The notes beneath the pieces are model-generated. The model searched no databases, was not told the origin of the DNA, and worked only from the letters and a program-made list of their open reading frames with translations. A stretch of DNA of 64,000 bases from the NCBI GenBank assembly GCA_030141605.1, contig JAQGDQ010000065.1, positions 186,001 through 250,000 on the forward strand. Direction: 5' to 3'. The position numbers were made by a program, and so were the translations under genes. The stretch is from Tubiluchus corallicola. Taxonomy: Eukaryota; Animalia; Priapulida. This document shows positions 13,190 through 26,219 of this stretch, in pieces; within the stretch, counting starts at the first letter, position 1, and every line of letters starts with the position of its first letter.

Positions 13190-15569
13190 TTATCAGATAA
13201 TATTAACTGCTTATTTGTGTTTCGTTTCTTAGTTTGCGAAAATAGTTTTGCATTAAATTTTGGATACATTCTCTATTGTTTAAAGCTCAGTAAATTAGTT
13301 AACCTACCGAATTGTTTAAATCGACAATGGCTACATTGTAGCTCCATAATTGTGTAAAAACCATCTAGACACCGTTTTTACATTATTTGTTGTGTTTTTG
13401 CATTACTTTGCGTCGGAGTTTTAAATCAGCTTTCATGCCTACACCGGCAATACGGAACTAAATACTCAGTAGTTGCTATTAGCAGAGGATCGTGTAACTA
13501 AAAGCGTTACTGTCATTATTATTGTACGGAATTATTATTTAGGGCATAATTGTGTTTCTAAATAGGCACTTCGAAGACATTCGCAGTCGTATAAATAGCG
13601 TGTAGGAAGCACATGGTTGCAATTGTCCACACACTCAATAAATCAAGTTTGGTGAAATATTAAATCTAGCTGCTTCATAGTGAAACATGAATGCCTATCG
13701 GCCCCCACACATCTACTATAGAAAGTTACAACGAATATCTAGAAGCAAACATTAAAAGTGATCGGATATTAAATCTTTGCTACTTCATAATGAACCTTTA
13801 ACGTATATAGAGTTTAAATCTTATTTTGTAGAAAAGCAATCATTAATAAAAAAAGCACAAAGCTTAGAAGTCGACTTAAATGGACGTTTAAATTTGGTGT
13901 AAGTTTAAATTTTGATCACTAATATGTATTCGGTGCTTCACAAGTATCCCCAAGGATTCTGTTACGACTCTGAGAACATGTGCAGTTCGTATGTTAATAA
14001 ACCGTTCTTATTAGAGCAAATACAGTCGCTGAGAGATAACATTTTGATGTTACCTCTTTAAAAGCATAAAATAATTAAATTATTAAATTTGGTTAGTGAA
14101 CGAATACAGATTGAAGCGTAAGCATCACTAGTTGCAAAGTGTTAAATTAGTAAGAGTTAGAGCAATACAAAACATACTTTTAAAAAGCATTAAATTTTAT
14201 AATTTATTAATCTAAAAAATCTCTAGCACCGCGACAGAGGTGTTAAATTAAAGTGTACTACTGACTATAAACTCGTTTTAGTTTTCGGTAAGCTCGTGAA
14301 TAACCTAGTTTTTGTAGTCTTGTGGAGCCGCTGAATTTGTCGGTTCTAACCATCTTGGGTTTCAACCCTGGAGGTGTACAAAATTGATTTTTGCACCAAA
14401 ACATCTATTGCACCGTAAATAACCAGTAATTAATTGTCAGTAGAAAAACCATAGAAATTATTTGCGTAGTTACTGTGTAAGGATTAAAGGAAAATTAGGT
14501 TCACCAATGTGAGTATAGATATAATTAGATAGATATAGTTAATACTGATACACACTGGATTTGAATCATTTTTTATCGGAATCAACATTCATTCAAAAAT
14601 TTAGCAAATTGTTCATATCATTTGATCCACAGTTGTCGACAAATAAGTCTTATAAATTTAGTGTTTCCTTTTAAATGAATGTTATATTTATCATCCTTCT
14701 ATGTTTTTAAATATTTGACACGATTTTGTTGTAATCAATTCGTTCATTGTAAGCCTGTGTTTTTATCTGTATGATCATGTAGATTCATCGTTACCGATAT
14801 CTATTGTTTTTTAATTTGGACTAATTTGTTACAACGTTACATGAGATGTATTATTAATATGTTTATCCCTAATATGTTAGTCAATAAATTCAATTCAACT
14901 CAATTTAATTCAATTCAAATAGATTGCCTGCTGCAGTTTCATATTTCTGTCGGTGGTTACAGACATAATTGTCTACGATTACCCTTCCGATAACTGTTAC
15001 ATAAATTTATTTTACAGCTATTATAATGCCAGACGCTCTCAACACCTCGCCTTATTGGTTCCTGAACGTTTTACTTTTGCTTTTTATATTTTTCACCAGA
15101 CATTTTCTTATCAGTGAATTCTTTACCAGCTCTACTAAATTAGTTATATATTTTACTTGGACTTGCTCTCACATTTCCACGTAGCCATGTTTTAATATGT
15201 ATGCATTCTTCCTTACGAGGTTCGTACCGTATGGCATTGTGGCACATAAAACTATCTCGTTTTCTTTTCGGTCAACCATCCTTTTAATACTCAGACCAGA
15301 ATTGCTTAACTTTCCTAGCAAGTTATACATCGTTCTCTTCACCAGAAATACCATTACATAAATATTTTATAAAGTGCGCGAAAATACATACACAAATTGA
15401 CTGCGTTGCTACAGGCGGTTTCTTTTTGGCTTCACACGCCTTTTTGCTTCGCGCTTGTAACGTTAAGTAAATTTCCAAACTATATCAAGAGGAAATTGTG
15501 TTTTATACATAATTTCATTAGCTTCAAGAGTCAGGCAAAAGTAAAATCATTGAGAATTTATTATAGTAC

Positions 15570-17330
15570 ACAATTTCGACTTTGTGCAAAATGTTCTGAA
15601 TGGTTTTGCAGTGATACTGTACTGTTGGTGTTGGTGCTGTAGGTGTCATCATTGTTGGTGTCATCATCATCATCGCCATCAACATCATGATCACCATGTG
15701 ATGTGGTGGGTGCTGTGTGGTGTGGTGGTGGTGGTGGTGGTGTTGTGCTGTGGGTGATGTGTGTTGGTGGCGTGGTGTGGGTAGTGTGGTGGGTGTGGTT
15801 TAGTGTGGTCTGGGTGGTGTTGATGATGTGGTGTGAGTGATGTGGTGGGATAATCTGGTGGGGTGGTATGGTGTGGGTGGTGTGTTTGTGTAGTGTGGTG
15901 GGTGTGGTGGTATGGTGTCGAGTGGTGTCGAGTGGTGTGGTGTGGTGTGGTGTGGTGTGGTGTGGGTGGTGTGCTGTGAGTGGAGCGGTGGGTTGGCGTG
16001 TTGTGTTGTGTAGGTTGTGTAGTGTTATGGTATGGTGTGGGTAGGTGTGGTGTGGTGTGGTGTGGTGTAGGTAGTATGAGTTTATGCACAAAATTCTTTT
16101 GGGGGTTTGGCTAGTCATATATTAATAATATGACAACTCCTCTCTACAGCATAATAATTATCATCAAGATTATTATGATCATCAAGATTTATTGAAAGTA
16201 GACAAGCACAAAAGCAATCAACAAAATTGTCAGTGATACTGATGATGTTGCTTTTGTAGCGAAGCTTTAGGCCAACCATTTGCTTTAATCAAATTTCGAT
16301 AAAATCTAGCTGAATCCTTCACTGTTCGCTTTCGTTCAGGGTCCCCAAATTCCACAAGGTGCATGCCAAATCTCTCGCTGTATCCAGCATCCACTCAAAA
16401 TTGTCCATGAACCGAGCTGCGTAACGCTTTACGTCGCAACCGTCTAAATCGATGGCTACAAAATATAAGAAGTTATGTTAAAATGTATAAACCCCCAGCG
16501 AGAAGGCACTAGATCGTCAGCTTTCGTTTGACATATAGATCGCTGCAAATAGTGCCGTCGTCGGAGTTCTAGCCTCGAATCTTGTATATATATATATAAG
16601 ATTCGATATATAAAAGATATCACCGAAATTAATTATACAGACTAGCCAAACCCCTTTAAAGAATTTTGTGCATAAGCTCACAATAACCCACACTACACCA
16701 CACAACCACACAACCACCCACTACCCCATACCACACCGCCCACATCGTACCGCAACACAACACCCACACTATACCACAACACCACACCACCCACGCAACA
16801 CACCCACCCACCACATCATACCACCCACACAGTCACACCACCGCGACACTCACCCATAGGACACCACCCACAACAAACAACACCCATCACACTACAGCAA
16901 CACAACCCACACCACACCACCCACACCCTACCACCCCTGCACATTATCAAAGCAAACACCACACCACCCATACACCCCAACAACACCAACCACACCACAT
17001 CATCAATACCTTACCACACTGCCCAGACCACACTAGACCATACCACCCACACCACTCCAACAATACCACACGCACACACCTTACTACCCTACCACACCAT
17101 CCATAACGCAACACCCACAGCACACCACCACTACCACCACCACCTCCACCACACCACACCACACAACACCCACCTCATCAAATCCACCACATTACATGTT
17201 GATGATGATGTTGATGACGATGATTATGATGACGGCAACGATGACGACACCTAGAGCACCAACACCAACAGGACAGCATCACAACGAAACCATTCAAAAC
17301 ATTTTGCAAAACAAAACAACCGCGAAATTG
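15570..17330. repeat. Inverted pair of a repeat with (TGG/GTGGT)n low-complexity core (arms ~15570-16126 and ~16628-17330)
   Basis: Unique flanks are reverse complements, e.g. tatgcacaaaattctt..ggtttggctagtc vs gactagccaaacccc..aagaattttgtgcata, and gttggtgttggtgct vs agcaccaacaccaac. Confidence 0.8.
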
Positions 17331-18310
17331 ATCAAACTTAAAAACAATGGATGTTCCAAATAGCGTGCAGCTTAGGGGGATTGAAAAAGAACTCTGAAAT
17401 ACACCCTTCCCATTTCGTTCAGTGGATATCTCTCCTGGTGATACCTTCGGTATTTCATAGACCATTTCGTCGTCTTTCTACTGGTGCGCTTATTTTTCCT
17501 CAGCATACCCAGACAGTTGCACAAATCGAGTTTTTTTAGCGGGTGTTTGAGCAATTTCCTGCAAAATTTGCGTGGTTGGGTCCGGGAAAATGCCCGTAGT
17601 GGACATTAGTGGCCTTCCCGCGAAATCTAAAAAGATTACTATTACACCCACCGCTGAACGGGCTATTCAATCATTATCAGCACCACCCACGGCCCATTCC
17701 GAATCTCTAGAAATAAGAGGTATAAGTTTTGCAAAAAACGGCTGAAAAATGGCCATTCTCTTGGTGGATGTGTCCTAAAATATAGCCCACATCATCGTAT
17801 AGCCCTGTTCTTCCTTTTTCTAAAGAGTCATATATCTCTTTCTAAGAGTCACACTAAACGCCGCTAGAACGTTTTTTCTACAGGCCGTTTGGCCAAAATT
17901 TCGAAAAAATCGGAAGTAGGATCCGGGAAAACGCCCATTGCGGGACGTCGTGGCCCTTCCGGGAACTCTAAATATGCCTACTACAACCATCATTAAACGG
18001 GCTATTTAACCATTGCCGGCACCACCCCCGCCCCTTCACGTTCTCCAGAAATAAGAAGTATAAGTTTCGCAAAAAATGACAGAAAAATGGCCATTTTTAG
18101 AGGTTTTTCGTCCCCCGTTCGTCCCAGTGGGCCCGATTCGAATAGTAAACCCCCAATGAGACCATACTAGATCGAGACCTTTCCTTTGATATATAGATCG
18201 CCGCAAATGGTGCCGCCGTCGGAGCTGTAGCTTCGAATCTTACACATATATATATATATAACATGCCACCGAAATTAATATATAGACTAGGACAACCTAT
18301 CCTTGGGAGT
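16300..18310. mobile_element. Helentron/DINE-like (HINE) non-autonomous element cluster with internal repeats
   Basis: 16509-16650 is repeated directly at 18167-18296; ~17560-17757 is repeated at ~17894-18095; (TA)n next to tagactag ends. Family assignment is by resemblance only. Confidence 0.45.
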
Positions 18311-18650
18311 ATGTAATGGAGAAATCTATAGCTACTATGGTAGATACACATTAAGCCATTCTGCTTATTCTAGTACGCTGCTATAGTTAATTAGATTTTT
18401 ACTGGAATAATAAAAACAACGTTTTGTCTTAAAAATTTTGGTGTTCGGTGTAACTCATTTTTTCGTGCAGAAATTAATTTTTGAAATACACATCTTTTTG
18501 TACAGCAATTTGCCACAAGTATAGTTGACCGTTTGCATAAGGAAGAATTTTTGCAAAAAACAACTAAACAAATGCAACGAGCACAGAAGCTCAAGGTAAG
18601 ACTAAAAGTGAATTAATTAGTAAGTCGAACAACAATGTTAATAGTCTAAT

Positions 18651-18653
<3 letters not shown>

Positions 18654-18740
<87 letters not shown>
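18654..18740. repeat. (AAT)n microsatellite
   Basis: Direct reading. Confidence 0.95.
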
Positions 18741-18741
<1 letters not shown>

Positions 18742-18999
18742 TCCTTGAAATAGTAAAAAAAATCTTTCACGCAACATTTAGACACCAGAACTAGCGCCTG
18801 GAAAACGGGATTTGCCAAGCAAAACAAACTAAACTGTCAGTTAAAAGGTATAAAGTAAATATGATATTATGTAAGAATAGAGTAAAAAAAATTAGGACTG
18901 CCAAGACTGCTGATGATTAGACGAACTAAGAATTAACAGACATGAATGATCGCGAACTGCCTCCTCAAGTAAATTTTTCTTACTTTACTGACACTATGT

Positions 19000-20526
19000 A
19001 CTATAGACTTTGAGCGGCGCTCGTGCAAGAAATTATTATCCTTGACAATAATATAACTTGGTATTGTTATCACTTACGAGTGCTACTATATTGATATTTC
19101 TGAAACCAAAGTAATTTTTACCATGTGGGATCGAAGAATTATTATTAATGAAGAATTGTTGATTTGAAGCAAAACTATCATTGTAAACATTTGGTGTCCG
19201 TATTTACTAATTACAGGTATAATCATGATTTTTTATAGCAAAGATGTTAAAGCGTTAGACAATATAAGACTTATTTTTTCAAACCATTTGCAAGTCCTAA
19301 TATCGTTTATTTCGATGATGGAAATAAATCAAACGCTGCTTAAATGGACGACGCTAGTAATTTCCGATATTAAACAATATCTTAGCCTTTTTTACGTAAT
19401 TGCGATTTGAAATAGATCATTTATAAAAATTAATACAAATGCAACTTTAATCTTTTCTTCCTGGTTACCTGAGTAAGTTGACGATATAACAATCGAGTTT
19501 TTGTCAAACAAGGTAAGTCTAAGTTAAATCACGAAACGACAAAATACTTTTAATTCTCACGAAATAAACAATTACCTTATTAAAAACTATTGTTTTACAG
19601 AGATAAAGATTTGTAAACTGACTTAGGATACAACAAAAATACTCTACAGTCTGTTTTAAAACCCAACACAATTTCTTTAAAGCCAAGAGTTTGGATTTTA
19701 AAAATCCTTCATTAGGTACGTAAGATCAAAGCTCAGTTCACTTCTTATAAACCACCATTTCTTACAACTCAAACTAGATCAACGAAAATTTCGGCAGACA
19801 ATAAACTCTTGCAGCTTTCAATGATCCAGTTCGTGTTGTAAGAAATGGAGACTGGTTAGAAATGATTTGAACTTTTTATCTTAATTACCCTGATGAATGA
19901 TTTTTAAAATTCAACAGCTTAATTTTAAAGAAATGTACTGGAACAGATTTTAGAGTGTTTTTATTATATCCAAATGGCTAAATCCTAGTCGCTATAGATA
20001 GATTTTTGAAAAGTTCTTACTTGGATTTACTTAATTTAGCTGTAAACTAGAAATAATCTGAACTCATCCTAGTCCTTTGGGCCTCGAATAAAGCTTCCCT
20101 TGAAGAGTACATGCTGGTGTAAAAATTCTCCAACGCCTCTTTTCTTTGAAAAATCAATGTTAAGTTTTTCGCTGTCTTTCAAATTAAGTTGTTATTCTCC
20201 CATTTATTACATGTATTTTCTGGTTTAGAAATATACCACTGATTGTGCAGTTAATAAACTATTTATACGTGGCTCATTGCTATAGCTTTGCTAAAAGCGC
20301 ACTATCTGAAATTCCACGATGTTTGTCTATATCGACAAAATCTCGTCATCTTGGTTTTTGTAATTATTAATATTGCCATCGCTCTTCTTATCCTATTACA
20401 GAAATTGTTGTCCTGTTGACGATAATAAATATTAATATAAAGACCCTTGACATTTCAATTTTTCGTTATTATGTTTTATCTTCATAAATTATATCTTTAT
20501 CTATATCTATATCTATATCTATATCT

Positions 20527-20578
<52 letters not shown>

Positions 20579-21474
20579 TTAGAAATAATTAAAACACACA
20601 GAAAAACCAAGGATTGATTTACGAAATCCTTTAGCTGAGCCTTCAACGCAGAGTCTTCTTCAGAGCAAAAATAGAAACAAGGCCTGAAACACCTTGGGTC
20701 GAAAGCTCAAGTAAAAGAAACTTGAGAATCAGTCGTTGATTTTTTATTACTTTCTTTCAAATTTTCATCACTGTATATAAAGAACCTTAATATGGACCCA
20801 CAGATTCATGGTGTTAGTTTTCCATGTCGTAAAAAGATAAAATATACAGATAGATAGATAAATATGAATTTCTAATTAAGCAGAGTACAAGATTTCTAAT
20901 ACCCATTAAGATAATCGAAGGTGAGCAATCGAACTTACGCAGAGTAGTTCTCTCTCAGTTTACTAATTAAATTGTATAAGCGCCTGATGATTAGATAACT
21001 GAACACAGCAGATAGATCAGGAAAAGATTAAAGTTGCATTTGTATTAATTTTTATAAATGATCTATTTCAAATCGCAATTACGTAAAAGTAATATTGTTT
21101 AATATCGGAAATTAATAGCGTCGTCCATTTAAGCAGCGTCGATGCACGATTTTACTCATCGAAATAAAACGTATATTAGGACTTGCAAAATGTATTTCCA
21201 GGCAAATAAGTCTTATTGTCTAACTGCGTTTTAACATTTTGCTATAAAAAAAATTATGATTATATTCTGTAATGGTGTAATACGACACTAAATGTTTACA
21301 ATGATGTTTCTGTCAAATCAACAATTTTACTAATAATAATTCTTCGATCCCACATGGTAAAAAAATTACTTTGGTTTCAGAAATATTAATATAGTAGCAC
21401 TCGCTAAGGATAACAATACCGTTATAGCGTTAAGGATAATAATTTTTTGTAACACGCTGCCTAAAGTCTATAGT
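19000..21474. mobile_element. Long-TIR/foldback element, arms ~19000-19457 and ~21021-21474
   Basis: tttctgaaaccaaagtaatttttaccatgtgggatcgaagaatt vs aattcttcgatcccacatggtaa..ttactttggtttcagaaa; outer ends actatagactt / aagtctatagt. Confidence 0.85.
19600..19985. mobile_element. Diverged palindromic MITE nested in the foldback spacer
   Basis: atttcttacaactcaaactagatc vs gatccagttcgtgttgtaagaaat; ttttaaaaatccttcatt vs gatgaatgatttttaaaa. Confidence 0.65.
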
Positions 21475-23379
21475 AAAACAATTAAGTTTTTTGAGTAAAT
21501 CACCCAAACCATGATTTTTTTATTTTTTATTTGATAGTTTTTTTAGTGTAGGCAAGCAATCAGACAGTTAAATACAACACAACGTAGAGAAACAGTGGGA
21601 GGCGACAACTAGCTTAGCATCAACAGAATTTAGCCAAATATTGTAATCTAGAAGGTTAGTGACGAGATTTAGGAGGGGTGGACAGCCTGGTTGAAGCTGA
21701 AGCGTTAATAAAGAGAATATTGGCAGTGTTTTCAACTTAAATGAAGCATACGTAAGTCTTTGCTGCAGGGTATACCAATGGATATTAGAGTCCTGTATTT
21801 TGGTGCGTTGCCTTGTTAAGCGAATTAAACTACACTTCAAAGCGTGCCGGGCAGGTAGAGAAACGCTGGGGTAACATCTCTAAAATTATCAGCGCAAGTT
21901 ATACTTAAAATATAAAGTATTCTTACGTTATTTATATTTGTGGCTACAAATATCCGTTCACTCAAGCAAATCTATAGCATGTAACAGGGACATATAACAT
22001 GGACAAATGGGTAAGTTATGCTTATACATTGGTGTACTGTATGCATATGTATATAGATTCTATATAATATGTTATACATAAAATACTTAACGTATAACGA
22101 ATATAAAATATTTATAAATTATTTGTTTCTTTAATTCGAGATTCACATTTTTGCAAGTTTTAGGGAAATGAAATGTTCAGTCTAGTGCTGCATATGCAGG
22201 CCTACACTTAGATCTTGATTATAAAGTATAGGCCTACAGGCCTATTTATTATGTCTCTTTTTAAGGTAGAAAATACAAACTTGGTAAAACGGTTTATGGG
22301 TACATGAACACTGATTAGCTTTTACTTTTGCAAAAAATAGAAAAGCATAGAAATATGGAAAAAAATGAAATATTAGAAATTATTTATTTACAGTGGGACG
22401 TTTTCAAGAGCCGAATTCATTTTAAATGTTGCCTTCATATGTTTTGCAAAATACCTAGGTCTAGCCATAAGCCGTAAGACATAGGTAGATTCAGTATGTG
22501 GTCAAATATACTTGCTTCAAAATAAACGTAATTGGGATTCAAAAAGCTAATTGCTTTCTATTAAATACAAAAAAATATCCTGTTTGAGTACGTTGGCTAT
22601 AATAGATAGTCGGGTGATTTAATGCATGAGCGATAGTGTAAAAATGTGAAAAGATGTATAAAAAAACTGAAAACTGCTAAATTATGTCACTCCACACTTA
22701 ATTTTATATATATTAATGGGGCTAGTCAGAGGCCAATATTAAGTAGATAACAATTGCTATAACAGACCCACTTAGTTCATTAATTTCTTTATTTCCTAAT
22801 TTTAATTTCGGGAAGGCTTTAGGAAACTGAACTGCGCAGCGCTACAGTTATAGACTTATGGGGGCAGAAATAATAATTACAGAGATCATATAACTTTGAC
22901 ATTTTATCTTAAATATCAAATTTCTGTTGTTGATCAATATGGTGTCTCGGTTTATACTATAACCTTTGCTGGTTGATTTATTTTTAGTGTCGTGAAGATC
23001 TATAACTTACAAAGTAACGGCTGGTTAAGAACAGGTACAAGATGTCATTAATGACAGCCTTAAATTAGGAATGAATTATAATTAGTTAGTTGTATTTTTG
23101 CAAAGCAGAGGCAAGTCACTTATAACGACGTAAGCAGAAACTTGGCAATTCATAAACTGGTGGCGTACATCGCTAGAGTAACAGCAGACAAAATCTCAAA
23201 ATTAATTTTAAAAAACTAATTGAATTATTTAGTTTGTGATTACACTACGGTAAGCAGTTATTTGTAATAACACTTGTAAATAGTGGGGTGGAGGTAGTGA
23301 GAGGAGAGGAGTAGTCAGAACTGAATTATGATTTGCGTTAATCACAAGAAGCTGCGAATTCTAGTGGTCATGATGTTAG

Positions 23380-23965
23380 CTTGTATTCACGTTTGTAGTC
23401 GTTTGCAAGTTCACATTCATTTCCACTCATCAGAAATATAAATTTTTCCTGTAGCGTAAGATTCATAAAGTGTGGGAATGTTTCATTGATATGAGAGAAC
23501 AGGCTATGTCTTAAATCATTAAATTAGTTACACTCAAAAATTAAATGCTTTTCGTCATCAATTTTTTGATCTTTACAAAAATGGCATAGTCTGTGGTTAA
23601 AGGGGAATTTAGGTTTGGTGTGCCGGCCTTTGTCCATCAGTAGGTTGTGTGAGCTAATACGGAACTTTGTAAAGTTTGCTCTTTTAATGGACTTGGATTT
23701 TTTATTAGGAACAAGAGTTTTTCTTCTACGAATTCGTTTCTGAACTTGGGAGAAGTTCGTAACTTGTTCTTTTGGTTAATATTTGACGAGTTTCTTTGGT
23801 GTTATTTTCCTTCCAGTAATTTTCACAGTTATTTTGCAGTTTTGATTTCAGTAAATTAATAAATTGTTTGAGCTCAATGGACTCCATACTTCGAGCCTCC
23901 CAAATACAGGAGAATCCTGTATGATTTAAATATCTCAGATAAATGTTCAGCTTCTGGAATGAAAT
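23380..23965 (-). mobile_element. CR1/L2-group LINE 3' fragment
   Basis: Minus-strand YLNHTGFSCIWE, NKLRT and KFRISSHNLLMDKGRHTKP-like C-terminal ORF2 motifs across frames. Confidence 0.7.
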
Positions 23966-24077
23966 AACGACAATTTCATTCCAGAAGCTGAACATTTTGC
24001 AAATGTGGATGATATACTAATGAGTTTGGCGGATAATTCAATATTCTTAACCAGTATTTATATATTAACCAGTGTAT

Positions 24078-24102
24078 GTGTATATATATATATATATATA
24101 TG

Positions 24103-24195
<93 letters not shown>
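24078..24195. repeat. (TA)n and (TG)n microsatellite
   Basis: Direct reading. Confidence 0.95.
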
Positions 24196-24199
<4 letters not shown>

Positions 24200-24929
24200 C
24201 CATGGGCAACTAGAGTACACGTTTTTGTACCAAATCTCTTACGAAATTTAAAAACTAATCTGTCTTACAAACATAATAAGTTAACTCATATTTCATGCAG
24301 CCATTATACGCTAAATAATTACCTAATATTTAAATAATGATGGAGTAAACATAATTGTAATATTTTGTGTTGCTTTTAGTACTCAATTATATTTAAACGT
24401 TTGGTTAATGTCTCCCGCAGTGTTTTCTGTTGAAACATACTGCAATGAGAACACATGTTAGCTTATAAATTATATTTCCTCAATATTTTGTTAAATTATT
24501 GATAAAATGCGGCAACAATGTTACGCATTGCTGTAAACTATGCATTGTAATGCTAAGTGGATAAATAAATACTTAAATAAATATAAAAACAAATTTATAT
24601 AATCAAATGATCAGTGTCTAATTGGATGCCTTTTAAAAATACTGTACTGTCATTCTCTAAGTAGTAATAAATAAATGAATGAATGAATAAATGAGGGAGT
24701 GTATAAACAATAAATGAATGAATTAACAAACGAGTGAACGAGTAAACATTTGAGTGAGGAATCAATGAATGAATCAGTTTGTGAAGGAACAGATGATAGA
24801 AGGAAAGAATTAAGAAAATCATGACTAAACGAACGGTTAAGCGAGTTGATGACTGACTGAGTAGCTGAATAAACAAACTAGCAAATGATTAGTTTGAATG
24901 CTTGAATGAACGAACAAACGAACGAACGA

Positions 24930-25121
24930 ATAAATGAATGAATGAATGAAAGAATGAAAGAATGAAAGAATGAAAGAATGAAAGAATGAAAGAATGAAAG
25001 AATGAATGAATGAATGAATGAATGAATGAATGAATGAATGAATGAATGAATGAATGAATGAATGAATGAATGAATGAATGAATGAATGAATGAATGAATG
25101 AATGAATGAATGAATGAATGA
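24930..25121. repeat. (GAAT)n / (GAATGAAA)n microsatellite
   Basis: Direct reading. Confidence 0.95.
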
Positions 25122-25198
25122 ACAGTATATATATAAATACTAAACATACTTATATATATATTATTTTCAAGCTTACAAGGAATCTTCAGGTAAGTTAG

Positions 25199-25572
25199 CA
25201 ATCTTCAGTAGCGATAGTACTAATATTTTGGCATGTACTGCCTGAAGGTAAGTCAACAATTTTTTGTAGAGACAGCACTAATATTAAGGCATGAACTGCG
25301 AAAAAGTAAAAAGCAAATCTTGAATACAGGCAGCACTAATACTGAGGCACGTACTGCGTAAAAGTAAATAACAAATCTTGAGTACAGGCAGCACTAATAC
25401 TGAGGTACGTACTGCGTAAAAGTAAATAACAAATCTTTAGTACAGGCAGCATTAATACTGGGGTACGTACTGCGTAAAAGTAAATAACAAATCTTTAGTA
25501 CGGGCAGCACTAATACTGAGGTACGTACTGCGTAAAAGTAAAAAACAAATCTTGAGTACAGATGGCACTAAT
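25199..25572. repeat. 58-bp minisatellite, ~6 copies
   Basis: Unit tacaggcagcactaatactgaggtacgtactgcgtaaaagtaaataacaaatcttgag recurring at 25325, 25383, 25441, 25499. Confidence 0.9.
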
Positions 25573-26206
25573 TGGCATGCACCCCGCTCCCCCAAAAAAT
25601 AAATAAAAAAATTTGGGCCCAGGCCAGTATTAGTATAGGCATGACAGCCTAAAGTTAAAGATATTTAACTAGTCTGGAATGCAAAGCATTTAGTTCTCGC
25701 TTATTGAGTTTTTTCAATGCTAAGCAATTGGACTTAATTTAGAACGCCATTTACCGTATTCATGAATCCTTTTTTCGTAAAAATTTAGAATACCGTGTAG
25801 CATTATTGTGGCGATACAAAGTAAAAAAACTAACAAAAACTTATTGCATTTACAAGGACGACAACAACAACAGCAACGAAAACGAAATCTCATCACGGCG
25901 AAACAAATATCCCAAAAATTAGCGACAATGGTACTGCGAAAACTAGTTTAAGCAAAAGAGCGTTTAGTAAACAACATCTTGAATACTCCTACTATAGTCA
26001 ATACCTTGTCTACCAGTAAACAAAGATTTCTGCGATCTTTTCTCTTTTTACATTTATTTTTGATTTATTCCATGTAATTATACTTTGCAGAATTTTGAAA
26101 AGACATGCCATCTGAGGTACAGAATTTATTGGAAGATACATCATATAGATATTAAGAGATCAATGTAAGATTGGCACATAGTGGACACTAAAACCTGCTT
26201 CAATAC

Positions 26207-26219
26207 ATGCCAAACAAAG
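26207..26219 (+). CDS. Pax6: Pax6 coding exon 1 (MPNK-G; exon probably starts at 26091 with 5' UTR)
   Basis: ATG CCA AAC AAA G|GTAAAT, phase 1, joins 38036 to give MPNKGHSG, like the M-[AP]-HKGHSG start of protostome Pax6/eyeless; in-frame TAA upstream at 26189; acceptor tttgcag ending 26090. Confidence 0.7.

Noticed and set aside
15561-17465. His/Thr/Pro-rich and Val/Trp/Gly-rich ORFs
   Set aside because: Translations of (CCA/TGG)-type low-complexity repeats in several frames; no splice or domain evidence
18591-18827. Poly-Leu ORF (likewise the poly-M/I, poly-N, ER, SL, HT and FIHS ORFs elsewhere)
   Set aside because: Microsatellite read-through
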